From: Lama guanicoe
Lineage: Eukaryota
Assembly (NCBI GenBank): GCA_013239625.1
Contig: MU053472.1
Span: forward strand, 1,939,236-2,003,235
Direction: 5' to 3'
DNA length: 64,000 nucleotides
The notes under the pieces were generated by a model that saw nothing but the letters and a program-made list of their open reading frames with translations, had not been told where the DNA came from and did no database searches. Position 1 is the stretch's first letter. Each line of letters begins with the position of its first letter. This document shows, in pieces, positions 23,251 to 36,360 of the stretch. The position numbers and the translations under genes were made by a program.

Positions 23251-24329
23251 TTTTTTTTCCAACTTTGAGAGAAAAGACAGTCTTACTTTAAATGTTCCTT
23301 CATTTAGGGGATCAGCTATGGCCCGTGGCTGTGTTTGTATCTACAGTGAAATGGACTAGCTCTGACTGTAGTCTCAGAGGATCTTGGATCTAGGTCATTT
23401 CCCAAGTTTCTCATCTAAGCTGTAAGGGCTCTGAGAGAGAAGACCATCTTTAAGGCCCCTTCCACTGCTGTGGAACCATCTGTGTTCTGAGATACTCAGT
23501 GCAAAGATGTTGAGGAAGCCCAGTCTTTGACGGCGCGCCCCAGCCTGCCTTACAGGTGGACCATTAAAGGCAAAGGCTAGTCCCACAGTGGGACCTCTGA
23601 GGTGGATTCACAGCCCTGCAGCCCCCGTCCTGTGTGCTGAACCGCTCTGCTAATACAGCAGAGATGAGAGATGATTGATTTTTCAAATAATATTTGAATG
23701 TCATCTGATGGAGACAAAACTGAAAGGAGGTGTGGGGACCCAGAGCTGCCTGCCCACTGCTGCCGGAGATCTTAAAAAAGGGCAAAATAAAATCGTCCCT
23801 CCCCTGTGAGAGTAGGGGAAAAATGTCAACAAGTGCCTGGGTGCAGGGACCCAGCCGCAGCCTGGAACTTCTGAACTGCCAGGGAAACATGCAGGGGGTG
23901 AGAAGGAACACGTGGGCTTCACTGAGCAATTAGTGCTGTGGGTCTGCCCGCGTTGGAGTCCTGATCTAGCTCCAGTCTGATCCAGCCCCAACTCTGCTGG
24001 GCTTCCCGGACGGTGATTTGAACTGACAGCCTTACCACCTGTTGTTAATTGGACTTTGGGGCTTTCTCCTCCTGCTGTCATTTCTCATTTCTGTCCTTGA
24101 CGTCTTTGTAGGGGTGTAGGGGCCGTGGGGAGTGACCAGCCCGCAGGAGGAGGGCCCAGGTACGAGACGGGGCTCACCCTCCCTTCCACCGCCTACTCTG
24201 GCCTGGCCTGGATTGATGCAGAATCCGTGTTTCCCCGTCCTCTCTCCTTCCCTCTGTGCTGTAGTTTCCTGCTGACATTTCTGACTGCCTTCTGGATCGT
24301 AAGATCCTGAACAGCCGAGCTTGAAGAGT

Positions 24330-25170
24330 CATCTCTGTGGCCCTGGCACCAAGTTCTGTGCCTGGCGCTTAATAGAAGTATTCCATAACATCTGTTGGAT
24401 GGCTGGCTGAAGAGTAGGCATTGTTTTCCGATGGGGGCATCCTCACCGCTGCCTCCCTCTCCACACAGATAGATCACCAGTTCCTGCTGATATTTTTCTC
24501 CAAAAGTTCACGAATTTGTCCTTTCTCCTTTTCATTCCTATCACCACGGCCTCATCATTGCCATTGTCTGCTCTGCCCGCCCTTCACGTTGGCTTCCGTT
24601 TATCTGTCCTGTGACACGGCTGCTCTGGCCTCGTCACTGTCTTGTCTGAAGTCTGCCAGAGGCTCCCTGTTTACCCACAGCAAAGAACCCAGTCTTCTGG
24701 CTTAACAGACACACATGAGTATATATAAAATAGACAAACAGCAAGGACCTACTGTCTAGCACAGGGAACTACATTCAGTTTCTTGTAATCACATACAAGG
24801 GAAAAGAATTTGAAAAGAAAAATTTATATATGCATGTATATGTATAAGTGAATCACTTTGCTGTACACCTGAAACTAACATTGTAAATCAACTATACTTC
24901 AATAAAAAAAAATTTTTTTTTAGGGAAAAAAACCCAATCTTCTTAGCATGATCTACAGAAACTTTCCCTGCTCTGGCTTCTGCCTGTCCACATCCACAGC
25001 TCTGACCACTGCCTGCCTTGAATCTCACGTTTCAGCATCACCAGGATTCTTACAGTTCTCCACATTAGTCATGCTATTTGCTGCCTGGGGGTGCCTGCCT
25101 CACTTTCGCTTTGTCCGTTCTCAGTCGCACTGTGAGACTCAGCACATATGTCGCTGCTTCTCGGAAGCCT
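24330..25170 (+). mobile_element. L2 fragments, interrupted by an L1 3' end
   Basis: GTGCCTGGCGCTTAATAG 3' end at about 24360; L2 body ATCACCAGTTCCTG... continues after 24943 to CTTCTCGGAAGCCT. Confidence 0.65.
24699..24930 (+). mobile_element. Cetartiodactyl-type L1 3' end with poly(A)
   Basis: AAAATAGACAAACAGCAAGGACCTACTG...GAATCACTTTGCTGTACACCTGAAACTAACATTGTAAATCAACTATACTTCAATAAAAA; TSD AACCCAGTCTTCT (24686-24698) and AACCCAATCTTCT (24931-24943). Confidence 0.9.
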
Positions 25171-25684
25171 CATCTGATCCTGTCTCCGCAGGGAAGGAAG
25201 GGAGGGAGATGAGGAGGGTAGGTAGGCGACATCTCCTCTGGGCTTTTACAGAACTCCGTACGTGTCTCGGCATCCCTGACCCGGGAAGACACTTCCGTAG
25301 GGTACTGACCTTCCAACACGCCTCTTAAAACCCTCAGATTCTCTCCATTTTCCTTCCCGATCCTTCTCTACTAGAATAGAGGTGATGGGTAAATGTGACC
25401 TTTCTTAGGAGGATTCCCATTTTTCTAGCGCCCTGCTCCTCTGCAGATGGGATACTGTGTAGTCAATGAGTGAGGACTCATTTCTTGGGGTTGCCGGATG
25501 ACCCCAGGATTGTGAAGAATCCATTGAACTTGGACTCAGCTGCTCAGTTGGGTTAACGCTTTCCTTTCCACTCAGTACAGGGTGAGGAACGGAGATTGTA
25601 CCCGAGCTCCAGCCGCACAACGTGAGGGGGGACCACAAGCCAAAAGCCGTGCTGAGCCCACCCAGCCAAAAACAGCCTGGCATT

Positions 25685-25920
25685 CTAGAAAGAGCATGGT
25701 CTCTGAGGACTGACAGGCCTGGGTTCAAACCCACCGATGGCCACTTTACAGTGTAAAACTGAGCAAGTTCCTTAAATCCCTCCTCGTGCACGATACCTTC
25801 CAATTCCACACTGAATTAGGATGAGGATTAAATGAGTTAATATGTGTTACATGCTTGGAAGAGTCACTAGCACATAGTAGGGGATCAAAAGTGATGGCTG
25901 CCTTTGTTGTTATTTTAATT
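25685..25920 (+). mobile_element. MIR SINE, near full length
   Basis: CCTGGGTTCAAACCC...GAGCAAGTTCCTTAAATCCCTC...GAGGATTAAATGAGTTAATATGTG...GCACATAGTAG. Confidence 0.88.
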
Positions 25921-26099
25921 GTCTCACTCCCACCAGAGTTTGTGTCTGTGTTTTCCTCTGGTTTCACTGAACTTGGCCCTGAGGCTTATCCTCCACGTCC
26001 ACCTCCTTGGGGGGCTTCTGACTCGAAACACCCCAGTATGTGTTTCTAGTTTTCAAACAGTTGGTGAGAACATTATAAAGCCTTAAATCCTGTCTATGG

Positions 26100-26250
26100 A
26101 AAAGCAGCATGGTATTAAAAAAAAAGGGGGGGAGGTAAATCTGAGTCCAGGTCCTGGTTTCTCTTCTTAGTAGCCGCAAGATCTTGGGCATAACTGTTAA
26201 GAGTCTCTGCACCTGCGATGTAAAGATCCCATGAGGTTAACGTATATCTG
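26100..26250 (+). mobile_element. Degenerate MIR
   Basis: GCAGCATGGTATT...CCTGGTTTCTCTTCTTAG...CTTGGGCATAAC. Confidence 0.55.
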
Positions 26251-27156
26251 GTACTTTCTACGCTTGGATGTGCTTTTTTATGTTCTTATACACACTTTTC
26301 TTACCATGAAAATACTTTAACACTGTAATAGTGGTTTGGCAGACTTCAGCCTTAAATATAACTCTTAATTTTAGAGCTGAACAGGCTTTGCTTTGTCTTC
26401 CAATAAAAACACTCTCTTAAGAAGTGGAATACAATCAGTATCACCAAATAATTAATTTTCAAAGATAATTCAAGAAGCTCTTTTCTTTAAAATATTTCTT
26501 TGAAAATAAGCCCACAGATCGTCACTATTATTAATCATTCCTTAATGGAACTTTGGATTTTTCCCCAGGCTTAAGCAGAATGATTATTTCTAACTCTTTG
26601 ATTTCCTGGCGTCCGATCTTTCTAGGAACAGCCCTGAGCCTCTCGGCCAAGTTGGCGTTAGAGCTTCTGGGCCACTTTCCCCAGCTTCTGTGATCCTCTC
26701 AGAGATCTGACGGTGTTCATCAGAGATTCATTTCTGCTGAGTCCTTGTGGTTTTCCTTCCCCATAAGCCGCAGAATTAGAAGAGGAGGGACGAAGCTAGG
26801 GGCCCAGCCTACCGCCGGGTTTGGGTTGGCACTTTCTGAATGTTGGTTCCCATCCCGCCGAAGAGTACACCGCAGCCTACCTCAGCCACCTCATTCCTCT
26901 GGGACTGTTCCCAGAAGGAAATTCTTCTGTCAGTTTTTAGTTCACTTTTTGGAGAACAAAGAACACTACTGATAATTTTTCCCATTCCCCACCCCTACAC
27001 TCTTACTAGCATTTACTAGAGTTTGACTCCAGTCGAGAGTGATCTCAGAGAAGAATCAAACTCATCTTTTCTTTCTCCTATTGCATTTCCCACAGCTGTA
27101 AGCATAAGAAATGCTGAATTATCTTTCTTTAGCCTCTAGCCAACATGAGCAGCCCC

Positions 27157-27391
27157 TTTTATTTTTTTGTCCAGTTTTATTGTGGTGTAAATTGACACAG
27201 AACATTGTATAAGTTTAAGGTTTGATACATGTACACATTGCAAAATGATTACCACAATAAGATTAGTTAACCATCACCTCACAGAGTTAGTTTTTTTCTT
27301 CTTGTATGAGAACGTTTAAGGTCTTCTCTTTCAGCAACTCTCAAATATATAATACACTACTGTTAAAGATCGTCATCATGTTGTACATTAC
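27157..27391 (-). mobile_element. L1MA-like 3' end, antisense
   Basis: TTTATTGTGGTGTAAATTGACA...AAATGATTACCACAATAAGATTAGTTAAC...CATGTTGTACATTA. Confidence 0.85.
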
Positions 27392-30300
27392 TAAGTGATC
27401 CATTTAAACTTTACTTTCTGTGCTTGGCACCTACCTGTGTAAAGCAGCAATAATCCCAGTCATCTTCAGTGGGATTTTGTCCCCCCCACCCCCAACCAAA
27501 AATAGCATTCAGAAAACAAAAGGAACCATATAAATCCCAGAAACTACAGAGAAGGCGCTAATTTCGTGTCCAAGTGCTCTACACTGAATTACTGTCTCCC
27601 ATATAAACGGTGTTCTAGAAGAGGTTACATTCCTGCCTAAGTACATAATGGTCCACTCATTGGGAAATAACCAAATTAAAGTAGTTAATTCTGACTTTTA
27701 ACTGATTTTCAGGAACACCTTCTTTAGGCACGTCCATCTGACCTATGTCAAATGCACAGCAAAACATCTGCTACCTAGTTAGAAATGTAACACCGTTTTA
27801 TGAGCGTCTTGGAATGATGTACCTTTATGCTGTTGAGACTTAAATTTTCTGAACACTAATTAACTTGGGTGGATAAATACGTATTTCATCCAATTACCTT
27901 CTGCTTTATCTGTTTAGCTGTGTGTGGGCCTCCTGAAAAGGGACCTGGGAACCAGGGACAGAACGCTGACTGGCCCGTGGTGAAGAGGGTACAAGTGGCC
28001 GAGCCCCGTGAGCGGGGCTGAGTGTGTGGGGACTCCCGGTGTTATTGTTTATGCCATTTGGCAAATATTTCTCCTCAAGCCCTCAGCTAGTTTATAGCAT
28101 TTCATTTTACAGCCCATCATGATAGTAACCAACCCCAGGAAAACATCAACAAGCCGTTAGAAACCATAGTGTTAGAAGATGAATGTGACCTCAGAGACCT
28201 CCATTCCACCCCCCCATCCCTTCACCAGCCCCCGCCCCGTTCAGCGTTCAGTGAATTTCTTGAGCCAAAGTGGTTGCCATGGTTGTTGGGTCAAAAGGAG
28301 GATATTTGGAGGGATTTTTCTAAACACACACATATAAATGTTGAGAAATAGGACTCTCAGAAGTAGGAGTTATACACAGACCCCAGTCCCTCTCGGTGAG
28401 TAAGACAAAAGGCAGCATGATCTATAAATACAGTAAAGTGCCTTCAAATGATGAGTATTGGGGCGGGAGTGCGGGGGCCTGTGTGACACCAAGCATGCCT
28501 GCTAGCCCCTGCAAACACAGCCTCATAAGAAATTTTCCATTTTTGAACAAGGAAACAACCACTACAGTTTAAGTTGCATTGGTTAAGAACAGAAAAATAT
28601 AACTTGGCACGAGTTCCTATCCTGGGCCGTTTAGAACGGGTTGGTCCGTAACACCACACTAAGTCTGTTTTCTATCAGTGATTCCTAGCCAGCTTATTAA
28701 ACAGATTTATACAATGAAAGAATCTAATAACAGAAACATTCACCTCCTTTATTACTTGGCATTATTTATGGTTTGAGTTTTTTCAGCTACTTTTTTATGC
28801 ACCGGAATCTGGCAACTTTGTACTTATAAAGTTTATGTACCAAAGTATGAGTAGGTTGGGGAAGCATTATATGCGTCCCCTCCACCCGGCCACGTGGACT
28901 CCACCAGCAGAGATGCCGAGGACTTGTCTGTCCCATCCTTTCGGTGTTTTTAGCGTGGAGTCTTGTTTCCTTTTGGAGGCCATGATTCTTGACACAAGCA
29001 AGGGTTAATTTTTACCCCCCAACAAGGAGTAATGTTCCTTTCAGCCCTGGGTTTAGTAACAGGAAAAAGAAAAAAAAAGAACCTTAGCCCGTGTGAGAAT
29101 GTTTATAGGGGAATTAGATAATTCTCTACTGAACTGCAAGTATCTCAAATTTTTTAAGATGGAGAAGGTATTCAGAGCCTCCTTTTTCCTCCCCATTCGT
29201 TGTCAGATAATGAAGGATTAGGAAGAAGTAGTGGAAATTTTTTGAGGGGACTGGTTTGGGGAGAACCCTGGGGTACTAAACCCTACAGCAACCCTCCCCG
29301 AATTGCCCTTTTGGAGGAGAGGTAGCAGGGAGCCACTGAGAGGGCGTCAGCGGACCTGAAGTGGATGTCAGATGGTCCGTGTTGTGTTCAGTGTGGCCCC
29401 GACCCTTCCCTACCTCAATTTCCTCTGCTTCCCAGCTTCATCATAGCATGAAAGAATATTTTGATGTGTTTGTTTCCCCTGAGGAAGAACCAGTCCCATC
29501 TCACAGAGATGTCACCTCCTCTCTCTGAGGTGCGTCCTTCCTCCCAAAGAAAACACATCCGTGAGCCCCTCTGAGCAAAGTCTGGAGCTGGAGAAGGGGA
29601 CCCGGCTGTTTTGGATGGTGAAGCAGACGCTGCAGGGAAGCAGTGGCCTGTTGATGGGTTGAGGAGGAAGGACAGGATGACATGGGGGAGACCAGGAGGC
29701 TCCCATGAATCTACACACCCTTGTAAAAGTAGTCCATGAAGTTGAACGGCAATTTGTACAAGGAAGCTGTGAACGCTGGCAAATGAGAACGTTGGTGGTT
29801 AAAGATGAGGGTATAAAATTAAGGGACAGGCTTCTGCTTAAGCCTTTTCCTTATAAAACCCACAGCACTTAGGCTACCACCTTGTGTTTCCTTAATAAGG
29901 AAGCTGTATCCCAGCCATGTGGCAGGAATCAGACATTGTTGCCCATATGGCTTCTAATAATAAATATGAGAATTCAGGGGTTAATGAACTGGTCCTGGTT
30001 CTCAGTTATCAGTGGGAATTGCCATGGGTTTGCTGGGTGAATGGATCTAAAGAGGTCACATTTCCTCCCTCTCCCAGCTTCCAGATTTCCAGCCCTAGCT
30101 CCCTGTCATGCATATATGCACATGGGTTTCCATCTCTTGGACCCACTCATCCCTATTTTGAAGAGTCTTTTGAATCATCCAGAATGAAACCATTGAAAGG
30201 CCTCCCAAATCTCTCTCTTGTCTCTGCATCTCTCAGAAACCAGTATTTCCCTTGAGCCCAGGTACTGAGCCAAGCTGTGACCCAAAAGTTCGAGGTGTGA

Positions 30301-30534
30301 GAGGTGTGGCAAGGATCAGGCCTCCACACCCTGCCCTCCAAGAGCCCCTGCTATTGCTCTGTGTTAGCAGATCATTCTAGTGGCAAAAACGGTGAGAGAA
30401 AAGGGACTCCCAGTTCTGTTGGCCACTCCATGTGCTTGGGGAGGCAGCTGGGAGGAAGGTGGAAGGCAGAAGGGGGAAGGCTGTGCTCCAAGTGGCTTCT
30501 GAGGATCTTCCAGGACATTACTGGCCGTCCAGCT

Positions 30535-30800
30535 CAGTCGATTAGAACAGGGACTCTGGATTAGTCCCCACAGACTTCAGTTCCCAGCTCTGCCTCTTAC
30601 TAGCTGTGTCACCTTGGGCAAGTTACTTAACCTCTCTGTGCCTCGATTCTTCATTCGTAAAATAATATACCTACATCCTAGGGTTGTCATGAGGATTCAA
30701 TGAGTTAATATGTGCAGGACACTTAAAATACTGCCTGCTAACCACACACAAAATACTGCCTGATAGTAAATGCTAGATATAATTATTAGCTGTTACTATT
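30535..30800 (+). mobile_element. MIR SINE, near full length
   Basis: CCCAGCTCTGCCTCTTACTAGCTGTGTCACCTTGGGCAAGTTACTTAACCTCTCTGTGCCTC core; AAAATACTGCCTG duplicated in the tail. Confidence 0.92.
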
Positions 30801-32469
30801 TTCACATATTTTGTGTGAATGGATGTCAATGTGATATATGTATAGCTGTCTTTTTTTTTCTTATTTGAGCTTATACTATACAGAGAGCCTAACTTGCTTT
30901 CCATGTCAGCACATATAGCATTATCTTATGACGATGATTTAAAATCGACTTTCCTTTGAGAAATTTTATAGTTAACCTCATCTGAGACTGGAGAGTCCAT
31001 GCAGTGGCACCGCTCTAGGATTGGGGTTTCCTTTGGTTGATGGAGTTACATCTTTCAGAGTCCAGATTTGTGTCCTCTATTCAGGCTGTTCGGTTTGTGG
31101 AAGGTTTAGATATTCATTTTTTAAATCCACATCAGGGCGCATTATCCACTTGTTTGGAGAAGTCAGTGTATTAATTCCTAGGCTGCTTGAAGAATTTGTA
31201 GGTAAATTGTTGCTCTTAGATCCCTCTGAAACAGGGCAGAAGGAAACCTGGCATCACTGTGTTTAAAAGGTACATTTTTATATCACGTGTTAGGGTAAAG
31301 AGGTCATTTCACATCTCAGCCTCGTAAGACTTGTGCTGCTCTCAATTGTTGTGGTTTCTGGGAGTTCTGTTAGAAACAAAGCAGGAGGACCTTTTGATCT
31401 CTTGCTCCTCAGATGGGGGCCCTGGGGGGTCACGAAGAGGTGCTGGCCTTTGCAAGTGTTTTCCCTGAGATCCAAGTCCAGGATCCTACATTTTACAGAA
31501 TCTGCGGCGGTATCCATTAGACGGGTCTTTCCGAGGAAAGGGAAGGGAGCAAGAATGGTGGTGTCGGCCAGATGAGCTCGCCAGTCTAGTGGATGCCAGG
31601 TCTCCCACAAAGCAGACACCCCATGTAGTTCACATCTGGTACTGAAGAGGCTGGAGTGTTGCCACGCCCCAACATGACACTGACCTTGGCGTTGCCGTTG
31701 GGGTAATTGGACTTTCAGGATGAACTCCCTGAACAATCTCACCACTGTGGCTGGCACAAACAGGCTTTTCTTCAGCAGTAGACGTTCATGTCTTCTCACT
31801 CCAACTTTTTTTTCTTGAACAAACATATGTATTGTCGCCAATGCAAGGAAAATCCCACTCATCATTTTGTTCTGAGTTGTTTCTGTCCTGGAACAATAGT
31901 CTAGTGTACCCGGGGCCCTTGGAAACTGGTTTCCATGCCCGAGTCTAGTTTTGTGAATCTCCTTGGAAGACCCTAAGGCCAGGAAGCCATCGGTATTACT
32001 GACGGCCTCCTGCCGCCATCCGTGACATCAGTGGCTTTGCATCTGATTCAATTCTTTTTCCAGGGCCAGAGAGGGAGCTTTTAGCAACAGCTCCAGGGCG
32101 GGCACTGGTTATACTGGAGAAGATCCGCAAATCAAAGGGCTGTCTCAGTGCCGATCTTTCCCCCCACGAGGTGGCCTCTTCATTACTTAAAAGAGCAAAA
32201 CCAAGGACGTGTCTTCTCCTTTGAGCATCCGTGTTACTCAGAAGGAATGCGTCTCCAAGCAGTGCAGACTAGCGAATCAGCACCTTCCGAGCCTGGGTAC
32301 CAGCTCAGGGTCTTCACATCTTCCATCCTGCTGGGCTCCTCAAAATCCTGCGAGGTTCTGAAGCGCAGACTCATGGAGAAACCTACCCTGTGTTAGGCAT
32401 AGAGGACACACAGATGACCAAACCACACAGGCTCTGGGCTCACGGAAGTGGCCGCCGAGTAAGAGAGGG

Positions 32470-32600
32470 GAATGCTGTCACTTCCATAGAAGAGGAAACC
32501 GAGGTTCAAAGAATCAGTAGTTCCTCAGGGCCACACAGCGCTAAAGGGTGGAGCCACAATTCAGACGCAGCCCAAAGTGTCCTCCTTCCACTGGGCCACA
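32470..32600 (-). mobile_element. MIR SINE
   Basis: GAAGAGGAAACCGAGGTTCAAAG...GGCCACACAGC. Confidence 0.65.
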
Positions 32601-33369
32601 CTTGCCTTCCTACAGGAAGCTTCATCTGTGGTTCCACTTAAAACATGAGGAAACATCTGGAATATTCGTTTTCAACCACATTTCAGACACGGAAAGCGGA
32701 GCCTGAGGAATAGCCCAGTTGGCTCCTCGCTGAGAGTGGGTTAGAGGAGAAAAGAACTGCTGATCTCGAGCATTCTGTTACCAGAATAACCCCCCAGGAG
32801 AGGCCCGGCTGAACTGGGATCTGTGTGGGCCAGACAGCGTAGGGGATTTATTTCCAGAGCTGGAGGACGGGCCTGGGATCCTGGTCCAGCTCCGCATCCT
32901 CCCTCGAGCCCCGCTTGCCGAGGAGGCACGGCCTCTGGAGGAGGCCTTTCCGGCTGGGCTGGGGCAGAGCTCGGCGGTGCCGAGGCAGTTAACGATTAAA
33001 CAAGAAGCAGCCTTTGGCTCCCAACCTAATGGTTTGGGTTCCAGGGCGCAGGATAAAAATATACAACTGGAAAGGCAAGCTCCCAATTAAGTGGAAGAGC
33101 TCGAGCAAGAGATGTTTCAGTTCAGCGTCGCCAGTGACCACACGCGGGCCCGCTGTCTCCTCAGACGGCCCCGCGCTCCCCGCCCCATACTTAGCGTTGG
33201 CTCCAGGATTTTGTGGGGGACGTCAGCTGGAGCACACAGGCTTTTGCTCTTTCCCATTCAAAGAAGAACTTGCTTGCCTTCAGCCCGGCGATTTATCTTC
33301 TTGGGCGTCTAGGAGGAATAGGATGTCAGAAGTCACAGGGCCCTTTGAGACCGTCTGGTCTGATCCAGC

Positions 33370-33490
33370 CCCGGGCTGAATGCTGTGGAAACTGAGGTCC
33401 AGACAGGGGAAGTGACTTGAGCAAAATCTCTGTGTCAGCTCAGTGAGTGGCAGGGAGAAGATGAAATTCTAGGTCCTCTGATGTCCGTAT
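33370..33490 (-). mobile_element. MIR SINE
   Basis: GGAAACTGAGGTCCAGACAGGGGAAGTGACTTG. Confidence 0.7.
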
Positions 33491-34329
33491 CCACACCCGC
33501 CCTCCCCCTCCATGCGAACCGAGCCAGCACCACTTGGCAACCTGCCAGCCACACTTCTTTCCTTCTGCCCCCTAAACATAAGCATGCTCAGCCCTCCTCC
33601 TCTTTTATAGGAAAGGATGCTAAGGCTAGGAGGGTACACAATGCCCACAGAACTGACAAGATGCCAGCAAGGGAACCACAGAAGCCCGACTAGCAGGCCA
33701 GCCTTCTCCATCCAACCACATTCCCTCTCTAAGAACGTGTTGTGGGAGGACCCGATTTGGCCTCCCCTGCGCTCCCAGCCTGCAACGGCCCTCCTAATGG
33801 CTCTACGGTTCCTGGCTTCCTCTTTCCACTGACTTTCCCCTCCCCACCGCTGCCCAGGACAACCGTACAACTACGGTGACTTCGAGTCTTGCCAAGACAA
33901 GCCCAATAGTTACTTTCAGACTCAAGTTCTTGCCAAGCCTGAAATAGTGATTGCCTGAAGGATTCCAAAAGGCTGGGCTTCGTCTGCAGCAGAGCCTCAG
34001 TAAATCAACACACGGGTCTTATCTCTCGATTCTCTCCTCTCCACTGTGTGGTCTCCTAAATGAAAAATGTTACCTAATTGCCTAAAACAGCTGGCCTGAT
34101 GTTTAATTATTTCAGCTCGCTAACCTGATGTTCGGGGCCAATAAATTGTACGCAGGGAGCAGATAAAGCTCTTCGCAGATCATGCATGTCCAGGTTGTGA
34201 GAGATGTTGATTTCAGCCACCAGAGGGAATTCCAGATTTGGATGCTATTAGCCATCGCTGCATTTCTCCGCTGTTGGAACTCCTCTTCGCCCATCTGAGG
34301 AACCATTTGCTGAGAAAATGCCTTTAATC

Positions 34330-34968
34330 CTCTCCCAAACATTCCAGTGGCCTGCCCTTCTGCTCCCTGCACATCTCAGCCTGCACTCCTTGCTCTGAGG
34401 CACAGGAGAGCGCTCAGAACAGCCTCCAACCTGCCTCTTGGCCTCCATGCCTGTGCCCTCACCCCAGACTGCAGACAAGCCCGTGGACGTAGCACGGTGT
34501 CGCTGGTTAAGGACAGTGCCAGGGTCACGGGCCGGTGAACTCCCGCGATCCTCCCTAACCCGAGTCCCTCCAGCCTCTCCCCCAGCTGTCCCTGATGTGG
34601 GTTCTGGATTCTAACCAATAGGCTTGTCGTTCCTGACCGCTGTCTCATGCCCCTTCGCTTTTGCTCCTGCCAGTTCCTGTGACGTCGCATCACCCCCCGG
34701 CCTCAACCTCCTCTTCCCTTCCATCTGTCAGATGCCGCCTGCTCCTCCTTCAGGAGCCACCTCAAGTGGCAGCACCTTTGCACAGCCCTGTCCTTTGCCC
34801 CTCGGTAAGCTCAGTGGTTCCCATGGCCGGTATCTTAACTCCACCTTCATCGCCCACCCGTCTGTTACTTCTTCAGGGGTAGGATGTTATCTTTCCATCT
34901 GAGAGTCTCTGCATTTAGAATAGCATCTGATCTATAGCAGGAGCTTGTCAAATATGTGCCGAATGGGA
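34330..34968 (+). mobile_element. L2 LINE 3' region
   Basis: CCTCCAACCTGCCTC...CCTTCAGGAGCCACCTCAAG...TAGCAGGAGCTTGTCAAATATGTGCCGAATG. Confidence 0.6.
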
Positions 34969-35810
34969 GAGGTACTGGGAGGGGAACCTAAGATGTCATT
35001 CTTAGGGCAGCAAAGTTAGTGTCATGGAGCTGCACTTACTTAGTGTCTGATCCAAGAAATAAAGGAAGGAGGGAGGGAAGGAGAAGGAGGAAATAGATAG
35101 AAAGAAGAGGCAAATTCTTCAGAAAAGGAATCCCGGCCCTCTGAATGGCGTGGTCCTCTTCTCTTCTTAGACACCTGCTTGCTCACACGCAAGGCTGTGT
35201 GTGCTGGGCCAGGTTCCTTGGGGTAATAGACAACAATTCCTACCATTTAGCTTTATTAAATTAACTGTTTCAACTTAAATTATGTTTAGCTGGTTTCCCC
35301 TAAGGAATTCCTCCTGTATTCTATCGATTGGTGTAAGAGGCGAACTCCGGCCACTGCCGGTCCTTTTGTGGAACTGTTACTGTGGAATCCAAACTGCCTT
35401 TTTCACGGCAGACCCTGATGTTACCATGAGCCTTCAGGGCTTCGTGTACAATTCTGAGACGGGTATAGCATGCGTGGAAATTGCTCTCACTGCTTTAGTT
35501 TCCTAAAACTTACAGGTTTCCAAAGAGTAGTATCTTCTCTCTCAATTTAATACGTGTATATATTATACCCATTGTATTATATTTAGCTCTTTTCCCCCAG
35601 GTATTTGATCGATTTGCGCATTTCATTGCCGGGCTTTTAAGAAGCCTCTGCTCCACATCTTCCTGCCACCCTCGCTAGCTCAGGACAAAGCCGATGGGCC
35701 AGTGAGACAGGGGACTCTTCTCCAGAGCCCACCTAGGGATGCCATATGTAATAGGACGTCCTATAACAGTACAAAGGCAACACTGCCTAGGCCGGGTGCT
35801 TTTATTCTTG

Positions 35811-36360
35811 CATTCATTCGTCTACAGATGGTGTTGCTTTCACTATCAGCGATCAGCCTTTCTCAAACACCTGTTCGTTTGTGGGCTGGTACAGAGAGTT
35901 AGGCCTGATGAACTAGACAGTTCCTTGTGTTTGGGCCGTGGGCCAGGGAGGTACCACTCCTGGCATCGTGGAGTGATGGGGACTTCAGGAAACAGCCCTG
36001 TGCAGATAGATGTCTGGGCTGGCAGGGTAGTAGCAGCAGTAGGGGAGGCTGGCAGGGGGGCCTTGTAGCACATCGAGAATCCAGCAGGACTCCCTGGGAT
36101 GGAGTGGGAGAGCGGTAGATGACAGGGTGCGGTGCCTTCTTGTTCCTAGACAGCTGAGGCCTATGGAGGTAGGGAGCCAATGCACAGAGATGCCTGGGGC
36201 TCGTCCTCAGGGGAAGTACAGAAGCCTCGTTGTTGTTAGAGCAGAGGCACCGAGTGCCCCGGGGGGCCTGACGCTAATCTCCTCCCCTCCACCCACCTGC
36301 CGGGCAGGCTTGGACCAAGAACCTGGTTGAGGTCTGAGGGTGGGGAGGGACCAGGGAGAA
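35811..36360 (-). mobile_element. L2 LINE 3' region
   Basis: CATTCATTC start; TCTGGGCTGGCAGGG...AGCTGAGGCCT...CAGGCTTGGACC. Confidence 0.5.

Noticed and set aside
31290..31865. 191-aa ORF on the minus strand
   Set aside because: No recognisable family or motif; composition looks like random non-coding translation
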